A stretch of DNA of 64,000 bases from Verrucomicrobiota bacterium (GTDB lineage Bacteria > Verrucomicrobiota > Verrucomicrobiia > Limisphaerales > AAA164-E04): the NCBI GenBank assembly GCA_029247315.1, contig JAQWLM010000107.1, positions 7,459 through 71,458 of the forward strand. The letters run 5' to 3'. The stretch's first letter is position 1. Each line of letters starts with the position of its first letter. A program made the translations under genes and the position numbers. This document shows positions 49,138-58,084 of the stretch, one piece after another. Under the pieces are notes generated by a model. The model was not told the DNA's origin. It saw only the letters and a program-made list of their open reading frames with translations, and searched no databases.

Positions 49138-49977
49138 ATGTCAAAAGTCCCAACTTCTGACACGCAACCAAACACCGCTCCAGACTTGAAATCGTCTGAC
49201 ATCTCAAACACGGGAAATCCCAAGGATATGGGACCCGAGTCCTTTACACTATCAGCCTTGTGGTCAGCCTCGTTGCCCCTCAATGAGTCCTCCCCCACCA
49301 GATGGCTCAGCAAGTTTTTATTGTTCTCCATGGCTTCAAGAGTCGTCGAGGTAAGGGGAACTCAAAATATCGCACCGGCCATGGACCCCTTTATTCTCGC
49401 ATTGAATCACAGCCAGAAACTGGAGGCACTTTACATACCAGCCATGCTGCATTTTCTGCGGCAAGGCCGCCTAGTCCACTTCCTTGCCGACTGGAATTTC
49501 TGCCTGATCCCGGGCATATGGCTTTTTTATCATTACGGAGGTGTCATCATGGTTGCACGAAAACCTGCTAAACCAAGATTTCTGAACGTGTTCAAACCTT
49601 TGTTTATCAGAAAAAAAAGAAGCTATGATCAAGCTGTACAGGCCTTGAATGCGAAACAATCCATCGGGATCTTCCCGGAGGGTACGACCAACCGCAATCC
49701 GTGTCACTTGCTCAAGGGGTATTCAGGCGCCGCCCAACTGTCACTGCAAACAGGCGTGCCGGTTGTTCCTGCCGGTGTGCGTTTTCCCTTTCATGATGGT
49801 CACTCCCAGATCCCGGAAGCGATTCCATTTATCCTTGAATTTGGATCCGCTATGTATCCACAAGCTTGCGCTGGAAAACCACCGCTTGCACACATTCGAC
49901 AATGGCACCTTGAAATCATGTCCGCCATCGCCAGGCTTTCTGGTAAATCATGGAACCCTCAGTCAAGAAAAGCATGA
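49138..49977 (+). CDS. PlsC-family (lysophospholipid) acyltransferase, HX4E variant
   Basis: Block I NHSQKLE, block III IFPEGT, GAA.L....GVPVVP. Start uncertain. Confidence 0.85.
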   Translation: MSKVPTSDTQPNTAPDLKSSDISNTGNPKDMGPESFTLSALWSASLPLNESSPTRWLSKFLLFSMASRVVEVRGTQNIAPAMDPFILALNHSQKLEALYIPAMLHFLRQGRLVHFLADWNFCLIPGIWLFYHYGGVIMVARKPAKPRFLNVFKPLFIRKKRSYDQAVQALNAKQSIGIFPEGTTNRNPCHLLKGYSGAAQLSLQTGVPVVPAGVRFPFHDGHSQIPEAIPFILEFGSAMYPQACAGKPPLAHIRQWHLEIMSAIARLSGKSWNPQSRKA

Positions 49978-50642
49978 GCCTCTCATTATCCAGTAAAATC
50001 AGCGTGCTGAAAGTGGACACCATGGAACAGCGCGCCAAAGCGATCCTTGTGTTAAAGCGCACCTACAACCAGGAGAAACAGTGGATCGATGACACCGACC
50101 AGTTCTTTCCCGAATTGGACCTGACAAACAAGGCTGTTTCCTGGTTTGTCTGCATGGTCGAGGAAAATCCTGTCGGGGTCTTGAGGGTCATGTATGACCC
50201 ACCATTGGAACTTTATAGAGAGTATGGTTTGCAGAAACTTGAAAGCGGTCTGGATGTCGAGGCTTTTGTCAGGAATAACAGGATTGCTGAAATCGGACGC
50301 TTTGCGGTGCTTCCAGATTACCGTAGATACATCGTGGTGGTTGCTGCCCTCATGCGCGCAGCAAGTGAGGAAACCGTCACACGGGATTACTCACATTATG
50401 TCACGGATATATTTGAGGGGGAAAAACATAGCCCCTACGAGTTCCACACCCGCGTCATGGGGTTCAAACCCGTTGCGACACATGATGTCGGGGAGCTTAA
50501 CTGCCCCAACCGACGTATCACGATGGTTCTGGATATCCGCGAGGCCTACAATCGAATCCGACAAAAACAAAAATGGATTTTTCGATTTTTGACCAAGGGA
50601 TGGGATGCATCGCTGCACGCAAAATTGCTCCAGAATCCATAG
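49974..50642 (+). CDS. GNAT-fold N-acyltransferase (FeeM/OlsB/acyl-HSL-synthase superfamily)
   Basis: VGVLRV, IAEIGRFAVLPDYR, ...MGFKP; ATG 49974 overlaps the acyltransferase stop (ATGA). Confidence 0.75.
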   Translation: MSLSLSSKISVLKVDTMEQRAKAILVLKRTYNQEKQWIDDTDQFFPELDLTNKAVSWFVCMVEENPVGVLRVMYDPPLELYREYGLQKLESGLDVEAFVRNNRIAEIGRFAVLPDYRRYIVVVAALMRAASEETVTRDYSHYVTDIFEGEKHSPYEFHTRVMGFKPVATHDVGELNCPNRRITMVLDIREAYNRIRQKQKWIFRFLTKGWDASLHAKLLQNP

Positions 50643-50702
50643 AAACAGCAGACCTGGACTTGTATATGAAGTCCTTCTACTACCAGGGATGGAACAACTT
50701 GC

Positions 50703-53700
50703 TCATTCCGCAGGATTGGCATTCAAGTCCTGCAGGTAATCCAGCAAGCCAGCAAATTCCCGCATCGTGAAAGGTTCCAGCAAGCCCCCGGGCATGATGG
50801 AGCTTTCGAGTATGTTACGTTCATGGATATCAGACTTGAGAATCACATGTTCCTGGGAAAGAACATCTCTCAAACGGACGCTGTCCCCGGCTTCACTGAC
50901 AACAAATCCTGTCAACTCCGTACCGTCGTGCAGGACGACAGCATGTGAGGCAAATCCTTGGGCTATGGTCTTGTTCGGCATCAGGATAGCTTCAGCCAGT
51001 TCGCCGCGACGATACGTACTGGCAATATTTCCCAGGTAAGGCCCCTTGGGGGCTTGATCTTGACTTACGGTATGACAGCTTGCACAGCCTGCACGAATGA
51101 ATACGGCCTCTCCAAGAGCAACATCTCCCTGAAACGCATCCATGGAATCAAGCACAGCATTTGTTTCCATGGAACCAATCACCGGGCTCGAATCCTTTTC
51201 GCCTGTGGCAATTTTCAACCTTCGTGCAGCATTCTGTGCAGCCTTGGCGACATCCGCATCAAAATCCTTCAAAGCCGCACGGATACGTGTATCAAGATAG
51301 TGATTCCCCATCCTTGCGGCAGCCTTGATGAAAACAACACGCCTCCGGGCATCCAACCATGCCTCATCAATGAGACGATGCTCCGGTCTGATTGAGGAAA
51401 GTTCGGGTCCTTTCCGCGTTGCCAGCGTCAGTAGACCGACGTGAGCCCAGTAAGCCATGGGATCCCCTGCATGTTCCACACAGATGCGCTCCAGATGGGT
51501 GTGTCGGCCATCAAGACCGGGATATCCAAGAAAGGCACGTCGCGCCGCCTCTTTTTCCTTTCCGGTTCCAGTGCTTCCATCCAGATGTCCCATGGCCATC
51601 ACCATGGCCGGAAGCGCCGCTTCCACCTGGCTTCTTGCAAGTCCAACAACCGCATGCGACGATACATGCGGTGGCATTGCAGGATCCATTGCTGCAGCGA
51701 TCAATATGGGCACCGCCTTGATCGGCAGTTCCTGAAAAGAAGCCACTTGTGTGACAGCGGCGGGCACATGAGTGGAATCCTCCGTTGCGAGAGCGATGAT
51801 CTTCTCCATGGCCTTCATGGAACGAATACGATTGCGATTCATTTCTCCAATAAGCCACGCCGCATCTTCGGCTGAGGCTTCGGCAAGACTCCCATGCAGC
51901 GTGGCCAGAATGCTTTCCGAGTATTTCCAGGTCTCCAGTTGATAATATGGCCCTCGGGTATCAGGCCGTGTTCCCCAGCTCTCCCCTTTCCATTCGCCCT
52001 CGCGGTGATACAGACGACACAGAACGCTTAGAAGGAATCTCTGCACCCCCACCCTGTCAGGATCGGCCAACCTTTCCGTCAGGGCCTTCACTACCTCAGG
52101 ACGGTGCATCCTCATGAGTGCCATGGCGGCACCCGCCCGCTGAGCCTCGCTGCTGGCTTCCGTATCCAGCACTCTGAGGCAAGCTTGAAACCCCTCAAGC
52201 TGGGCCAATCCCCTGTAGGCAGTGTGTGCGATTACGGCGTCCTCATGCCCAAGACTCAGGGCCATTCCGTCGGCAACCCCCAGGTTACCCTGGCGGGTTG
52301 AGGCGATCAGCGCCTCCAAACGGGTCCGCGGATCCTGACTCCGAAGCCCACTCGTAAACAATTCTGGTGGGACAACTCCCACCTTTCCCCGGGTGAGGTG
52401 ATCCAATCCCATGTCACCAAGAGCTCGGAACACAAAAGCCTGCAGTAAGGGAACCTCAAGCAAAGGTGTTACCATACGCATCACATCGGAACTTTGACTG
52501 CTGTCAACACCACGCTGGGTGATGGCATACAAGGCTGCCACGCGGGTCCGAAGTTCCTTTTCGGGATCCAATGCCAAGCTCACCAGAGCGCGCCGGGTAG
52601 CATCGGAGGGAGCACGTCGCAAGAGGGTGCGTTGCGCCTGCAGCACGCGTACATGACTTGGTGACTCCAAGGATTTTACGAGAATATCATCCTCAAGATG
52701 TTCGTAATCGGGAAGGGGCTCCGGGGTATAATCCCTTGGAGTCACCCTTACGATATATCCATGTGAAGGACCAGCCCAGTTGAAGGTTGCCGGACCTTTC
52801 CAGCTTGCCTGATAAACCCGACTCATGCCATCCACGTCCGCATCCGTTGGACGTGTAACCTTGATGAAAGGGATGGGTGGAGCGTTTTCAACAAAGGTAG
52901 CCCCCTGACGGACCACACTGTGTCGGAACGTGGCTCCTCTGCCCCAGTCACAGGTAAACGGAGCGTTTCTCCATGCTTCCGGAAAACCTGGTTCATGGAT
53001 ATAAACCGAACCACATCCCGATCCCCCACCATAATCTGCTAGAGGCTGGACATGCTCATTAGAAAAGTGCTTGTAAAGACTCGGATACCCGTGATCTTCC
53101 AGTCCAGAGAAGTGATGCAGTCGTACATCCCAACCACCTCCATCGTTGGTGTTATCACGTGCAAAAAGGTCCAATAACGGACTCATCGGGGTGCCTAGGA
53201 TGTTGCGTGTACCTGTCGCAAACAACTCCAGGCCTGACCCATCGGGCCGAAACCGGATCACCCCTCCGCCTCGATGTTGAAGATGTCTGCCATCGCTTCC
53301 CACGGCATCCATGAATCCAAAGTCACCGCCTGCAACGTAAATCCATCCATCGATACCCAGTTCAAGTCCGTTGGTTGTGTGGTCCGGTGGACGTTGATCG
53401 AAATCAAAGGCAATGCCTGAAACGAGACGTTGGGAATCCTCGGCCACGCCATCCTGGTCGCGATCAAAGAATACGCTGATATGGGGTGGATGCAGCAGGT
53501 AAAGTCGGTCGTGATCCCAAACAAGTCCCCGGGGTGAATCTATCTCGCGAATGAACTGTTTTACCTCATCGGCTCGCCCATCGGCGTCAGTATCCCGCAG
53601 GCGCAGGACGCGACCACGTCGTGGGGACCGACCGAGAGAACCATTTCCATCACTGGAAACATAGAGATTGCCCTCCGGAGAGGCAGCCACATACACAGGG

Positions 53701-55187
53701 TAATTTGCCGTTTCGGCTGGTGCGAAAAGGGTCGCATCAAAATCCTCAGGTACCACAACATCGGCAAGAACACGCGATGCTTCTTCATCACTCAAATTAG
53801 AGATCCTTGGTTCCACGTTACCTCCCTTGGCAAAGGAATCCTCACTGATGATTGTTTTATCCTCGGAAGGCTTGAATGCGTTATTCCCCACAATGGGATC
53901 AAGTGACTTGATACCATCGCCTAGTAAGGAAATTTCCCATAAACTGATCCAACCGCCACCTTGGGTGGAAAGACCATTTATCCTGAGATACTTCATTTCT
54001 GATGACTTGAATCTTGTCGTCGTGTCACCTTTCCGGGTATTGCCAGAGGCGTCGACAAGAAGATTCCAGGATTGGGCGTCCAGGGAACCTTCTAGAGTGT
54101 AACCATAGATGGTATGGGGGTTTTCCCACTTGATCTTCACCCCCCTGAGCACTTGAGGCTCTTGAAAGGCCAGTTGAAGCCATTGAGGTTGGCTGTTGTC
54201 GGAGGCACACCATCGCGTCTGCTCGGAGCCATCGATCGCCATCCAGGGCCATCTTTGATCCTGAGTCGTGCTGGCGCTCACCCTTACAGGAGTTCCAGGC
54301 TTGGCGGATGTCGACGATGCACTTATTTTCGCTACTGGTGCAGCGGTGGTATCCTTCATAAGGACCACCGTGTGTTTCCCCGTATAGGGTGTGAGGTATG
54401 CCTCATCCAACTTTCCGCAGGTCCATAGCAGTCCGCGGGTTACGAGATCAAGATAGCGTGAATCTGCAACCGTGACGTTGTTGTGCCCCAGACTGGTGCT
54501 GAAGCTACGGATCCCTTTTATTTTGTTGACCCAGGCAACGACGGCTTCAACGCTTTTCTGCTTCCCGTTCCTCTCCATGATCTGAACACCACTTGCAATA
54601 GGCTCCGCACCCATTATTTGGACATTGTTATAGAGCTCTTCCCTCTCGGTCGTCCAATCCTCCAGCGTCATTGAGATAGGATGATCCTTACTCTTGTAAC
54701 GGATGTTAATGGGAAGCTGTGGACCATGCCCTGTTGATTGAAGTCCAAGGTGTTGAAACCAGGTGTCATCGCCTGTTCTGAAACTGTGCATGGCGCAATG
54801 GAGATGCACTGATGGAATCTCCGCGTGGGGATGCATTAGATTCGCAATCACTTTAGGATCAGTAACTTCAGCGGCACATTCATCGTGAATCACTACATCA
54901 TAACCGTCTGCCCAATGAGGATCATGATAGATGGACAAAGTAGGGTGAGTTGTTTGATCTTCTGTCCACAACACGTCGACCCGAACATTGGCGCGGGCCT
55001 GAATTCCTTTGGATAAAATGGCATGCTGCTTTGCATAATCGTGGCAACACCCACCGGCTACAAGCAAGGCCTTCAGGGACGCGGTGGATGCTTGTGGCAA
55101 ACTTTCCGCTTGCAAGCTTGCACAAGTCAGAACGCCACTTAAAAAATTTATGACCCTGTTAAGGGATGATGATACCATGATCCCCAT
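50703..55187 (-). CDS. PVC-type membrane-bound dehydrogenase: ThuA + F5/8 (discoidin) + sorbosone-DH propeller + HEAT repeats + cytochrome c
   Basis: GGCCHDY/LGH (ThuA), AIDG..TRWC..WLQL (F5/8), D.DGRAD, NGL.LG.DGWIY, G.RN, HEAT region, CASCH..GP.L, S.MP.GL. Confidence 0.88.
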   Translation of the reverse strand: MGIMVSSSLNRVINFLSGVLTCASLQAESLPQASTASLKALLVAGGCCHDYAKQHAILSKGIQARANVRVDVLWTEDQTTHPTLSIYHDPHWADGYDVVIHDECAAEVTDPKVIANLMHPHAEIPSVHLHCAMHSFRTGDDTWFQHLGLQSTGHGPQLPINIRYKSKDHPISMTLEDWTTEREELYNNVQIMGAEPIASGVQIMERNGKQKSVEAVVAWVNKIKGIRSFSTSLGHNNVTVADSRYLDLVTRGLLWTCGKLDEAYLTPYTGKHTVVLMKDTTAAPVAKISASSTSAKPGTPVRVSASTTQDQRWPWMAIDGSEQTRWCASDNSQPQWLQLAFQEPQVLRGVKIKWENPHTIYGYTLEGSLDAQSWNLLVDASGNTRKGDTTTRFKSSEMKYLRINGLSTQGGGWISLWEISLLGDGIKSLDPIVGNNAFKPSEDKTIISEDSFAKGGNVEPRISNLSDEEASRVLADVVVPEDFDATLFAPAETANYPVYVAASPEGNLYVSSDGNGSLGRSPRRGRVLRLRDTDADGRADEVKQFIREIDSPRGLVWDHDRLYLLHPPHISVFFDRDQDGVAEDSQRLVSGIAFDFDQRPPDHTTNGLELGIDGWIYVAGGDFGFMDAVGSDGRHLQHRGGGVIRFRPDGSGLELFATGTRNILGTPMSPLLDLFARDNTNDGGGWDVRLHHFSGLEDHGYPSLYKHFSNEHVQPLADYGGGSGCGSVYIHEPGFPEAWRNAPFTCDWGRGATFRHSVVRQGATFVENAPPIPFIKVTRPTDADVDGMSRVYQASWKGPATFNWAGPSHGYIVRVTPRDYTPEPLPDYEHLEDDILVKSLESPSHVRVLQAQRTLLRRAPSDATRRALVSLALDPEKELRTRVAALYAITQRGVDSSQSSDVMRMVTPLLEVPLLQAFVFRALGDMGLDHLTRGKVGVVPPELFTSGLRSQDPRTRLEALIASTRQGNLGVADGMALSLGHEDAVIAHTAYRGLAQLEGFQACLRVLDTEASSEAQRAGAAMALMRMHRPEVVKALTERLADPDRVGVQRFLLSVLCRLYHREGEWKGESWGTRPDTRGPYYQLETWKYSESILATLHGSLAEASAEDAAWLIGEMNRNRIRSMKAMEKIIALATEDSTHVPAAVTQVASFQELPIKAVPILIAAAMDPAMPPHVSSHAVVGLARSQVEAALPAMVMAMGHLDGSTGTGKEKEAARRAFLGYPGLDGRHTHLERICVEHAGDPMAYWAHVGLLTLATRKGPELSSIRPEHRLIDEAWLDARRRVVFIKAAARMGNHYLDTRIRAALKDFDADVAKAAQNAARRLKIATGEKDSSPVIGSMETNAVLDSMDAFQGDVALGEAVFIRAGCASCHTVSQDQAPKGPYLGNIASTYRRGELAEAILMPNKTIAQGFASHAVVLHDGTELTGFVVSEAGDSVRLRDVLSQEHVILKSDIHERNILESSIMPGGLLEPFTMREFAGLLDYLQDLNANPAE

Positions 55188-55512
55188 AGTATGGTGCAGG
55201 AGTCAATATAGGTTCAAGTCGCGAAACACTGATTCCCTTGCGCAGAAGAGAACCATCATACGACTACGTAGAACTCTCGATTGAATACGGTTCCTGGGAG
55301 TTAAGTAATTTGCGGAACTGACTGATGCAGTGCAGAAAAGAGCTGTTCTTGTGGTAATCAGAACGACTCGAAATCCACAGGTGTTTTAGTTTGCAGTTTA
55401 AATAAAAAATGGTACTTTGATCAGTTTTAATAATCCATGATCACGTAGTGGGTTTAACAAAGTCGAGACATGCTCCCAACGCATAGTACCGGACAGATGA
55501 TGAACCAGTAAC

Positions 55513-58041
55513 ATGTCGAGAGAACCAACCATAAGCGGCAGCAAGCTTGAAACGCTCTTTCCGTTTCACCTCCAATTGGACGCGCAACTACAAGTCACAG
55601 GATACGGACTGTCCCTTTGCAAATTGTTTTCCACAATCAAAAAGGCATGTCCATTACCATCTGACGTTCAATTGAAGACGCTCGAGGGTCACGCAATCCG
55701 AACCCTCGAGGCAAAGCACCTTGAAACCTATTTTCAATTACATGGTCCGATTGAAAACCTGAGGTTAAGAGGAACGTTTCACCAACTGGACGACGGATCG
55801 TTCTTTCTGGCAGCATTACCATGGATCGAGAACTCCGAGCCTTGGAAAAAGGTATTCGGCCTGGAAGATGCATTTTCACCCCACAGTACTGAGCATCAAA
55901 TTTTGGACCTTCATCGATCGTTGCTTTCATCACAGAAAGTGTCCGAGCAGCCACTGCTAGAGAAGGCGAACCCACCATTCTCAGAAAACGAGGAGACGCT
56001 TTCCATCACTCCGTCCCAGCTGTCAAAGATCACACTCCAGAAGCGTACGGAGGAACGTCTTCATTCTGCACGTCGCAGGGCTGAGGAATACAGTCGTGCG
56101 ACCAATGAATATCTGGCCATTGTCAGCCACGAGATACGAACGCAGATGAACGGAATCATCGGGATGCTGCAATTTGTCATGGACACCCAGCTTGATGATC
56201 AACAGCGTAATTCCCTTTCGCTAATACGGGTCAGTTCCGAGTCATTGCTCAAGATTCTCAATGATGTACTGGACCTCTCCAAAATCCAATCCGCACGGTA
56301 TCGTCTCGAGCAATTACCATTCAACTTGAGGGATTTGACTGACGAAGTTGTCGGCATCATGTCCATTCTGGCCTGCAAGAAAGGTTTAGGATTGGAGGTT
56401 ATCATCGATCCTCAACTGCCAAACCAGTATCAAGGAGATGCGGCTCGGCTCAGGCAAATCCTGATAAATTTAATCAGTAATGCCATTAAATTTACAAGCA
56501 TCGGTGACATCAGGGTATCCATCAACCGGTCCCAAGACAGTCATTTCCTTGAAAAGGGGATATGCTTCAAGGTCACGGATACCGGTAAGGGTATCCCCAA
56601 TGAACAGATCGAAACAATTTTCAAGCCCTTTACACAAGTCAACCTTTCGGATAACCCGCCCAACTCGGGAACAGGCCTCGGGCTCTCTATCACGAAGCAA
56701 TTGGTTGAATTAATGGGAGGCAACATATGCGTCAAATCCGAACTTGACCGTGGATCTGAGTTCCTGCTCAACATTCCCATCAAACCTGATCAACCCGATA
56801 ACAGGGCAGGGTCATCCACTGAAAATTCCGGCTACAGTATCGTTTCAATCCTTAGTGACTTGGCGCGCGAATCGATGTGCAACCGCCTGCAGACAGTAGG
56901 GGTTCCCTGCAAAGCTTTTGAGCATGCGGGTGAGAGTCTTAAACATTTCAGGGAATCGATTGAATCTTCAAATCCTCCAAAGTATTTCGTCATCTGCGAT
57001 GCCTCCTTCGGCAAGCTGACTCCAAGCGTGCTCGAAGGAATCATAGAGAAAGCAAGGCTGAACGATCCGTCCTTCCGCCTGATCGTCCTCGCCAATCCAA
57101 CCTGTTCCAAACACGAGAGGTACTGGCAGGCGTTGACAGATTTGACACTTTACACTCCATTGACTTACAAGGCAAGTTCCAGCATAGATACCCAAGCCCC
57201 TGCCAGATCTCCCAGAAATGAACCCAAGGCAAGCATTTCCAACAGGCCTCCCCAAGATTCAAATCTCTTCCCCACCGGATTCAGGGTTTTGTTAGCTGAG
57301 GACCACCCTATCAACCAGGAACACCTGACACTGCTCCTCAATAAAATGGGAATCACTCCGGAGTTGGCTCATAATGGCCAGGAAGTCCTGACGAAATGCC
57401 AACAGTCCTCTTATGATGTCGTCTTGATGGACTGCCAGATGCCGATTCTTGACGGTTTCGAGACCACCCGGAAAATTCGTGCCATGCAAGCTGCTGAGGA
57501 GATCCAAAACAACCCTTACATCATCGCCATCACCGCCTTTGCCCTTCAGGGAGATCGAGAAAAATGCCTTCAGGCAGGAATGGATGATTATGTTACCAAA
57601 CCCATCTACGAGGAAAAGCTCCGCAAGGCCCTCGAAACCGTCATACAACCAGGAAAGCCTCATACGCGGGAATCCGTCGAACCTCCTCCTGAACAAAATA
57701 CCCTTCCAAGCGACCCCAGAGAAGCCTTTCAAAGATTGTGCTCTGATTTGAATGACAAGGCGGCGTTAGCGGTGACCCAATCATTTGCAAAAATGCTACC
57801 GCAAAAGGAACAGGAATTACAGGAACTTCTGGATAACAAAGACTTTAAAAATCTGTCTCGCCTAGGGCACAGCATGAAAAGTGTCAGTAAAATGAACGGA
57901 TTGAATCGTCTGTCCGAATTAAATTACAAATTGGAACAATCCGCCGGCACAACCACAATCAAGGAGCTTAACCTGCTTGTTTCGGAGGTCATCCAGGAAA
58001 TGAAAAAAGCAAAAAAAACACTGGAGACACTTCTCCCTTAG
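55513..58041 (+). CDS. Cytoplasmic hybrid histidine kinase (H-NOBA/PAS-like, HisKA, HATPase, degenerate REC, REC, HPt)
   Basis: N-terminal LFPFHLQLD..L.V..YG.SL; SHEIRTQMNGIIG; RLRQILINLISNAIKFT; DTGKG; GTGLGL; LMDCQMP.LDG; GMDDYVTKP; HPt HSMKS; no TM. Confidence 0.9.
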   Translation: MSREPTISGSKLETLFPFHLQLDAQLQVTGYGLSLCKLFSTIKKACPLPSDVQLKTLEGHAIRTLEAKHLETYFQLHGPIENLRLRGTFHQLDDGSFFLAALPWIENSEPWKKVFGLEDAFSPHSTEHQILDLHRSLLSSQKVSEQPLLEKANPPFSENEETLSITPSQLSKITLQKRTEERLHSARRRAEEYSRATNEYLAIVSHEIRTQMNGIIGMLQFVMDTQLDDQQRNSLSLIRVSSESLLKILNDVLDLSKIQSARYRLEQLPFNLRDLTDEVVGIMSILACKKGLGLEVIIDPQLPNQYQGDAARLRQILINLISNAIKFTSIGDIRVSINRSQDSHFLEKGICFKVTDTGKGIPNEQIETIFKPFTQVNLSDNPPNSGTGLGLSITKQLVELMGGNICVKSELDRGSEFLLNIPIKPDQPDNRAGSSTENSGYSIVSILSDLARESMCNRLQTVGVPCKAFEHAGESLKHFRESIESSNPPKYFVICDASFGKLTPSVLEGIIEKARLNDPSFRLIVLANPTCSKHERYWQALTDLTLYTPLTYKASSSIDTQAPARSPRNEPKASISNRPPQDSNLFPTGFRVLLAEDHPINQEHLTLLLNKMGITPELAHNGQEVLTKCQQSSYDVVLMDCQMPILDGFETTRKIRAMQAAEEIQNNPYIIAITAFALQGDREKCLQAGMDDYVTKPIYEEKLRKALETVIQPGKPHTRESVEPPPEQNTLPSDPREAFQRLCSDLNDKAALAVTQSFAKMLPQKEQELQELLDNKDFKNLSRLGHSMKSVSKMNGLNRLSELNYKLEQSAGTTTIKELNLLVSEVIQEMKKAKKTLETLLP

Positions 58042-58084
58042 GTGATGCATTCCGACTGAAATCCCCTGCCCAAGGACAGCACTT

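Noticed and set aside
49974-50642. LuxI-type autoinducer synthase
   Set aside because: Lacks the LuxI N-terminal R..F...W/E.D..D pattern, no LuxR nearby, and it is coupled to an O-acyltransferase.
55030-55065. GGCCH as a heme-binding site
   Set aside because: Not CxxCH; it belongs to the ThuA-like domain N-terminus.
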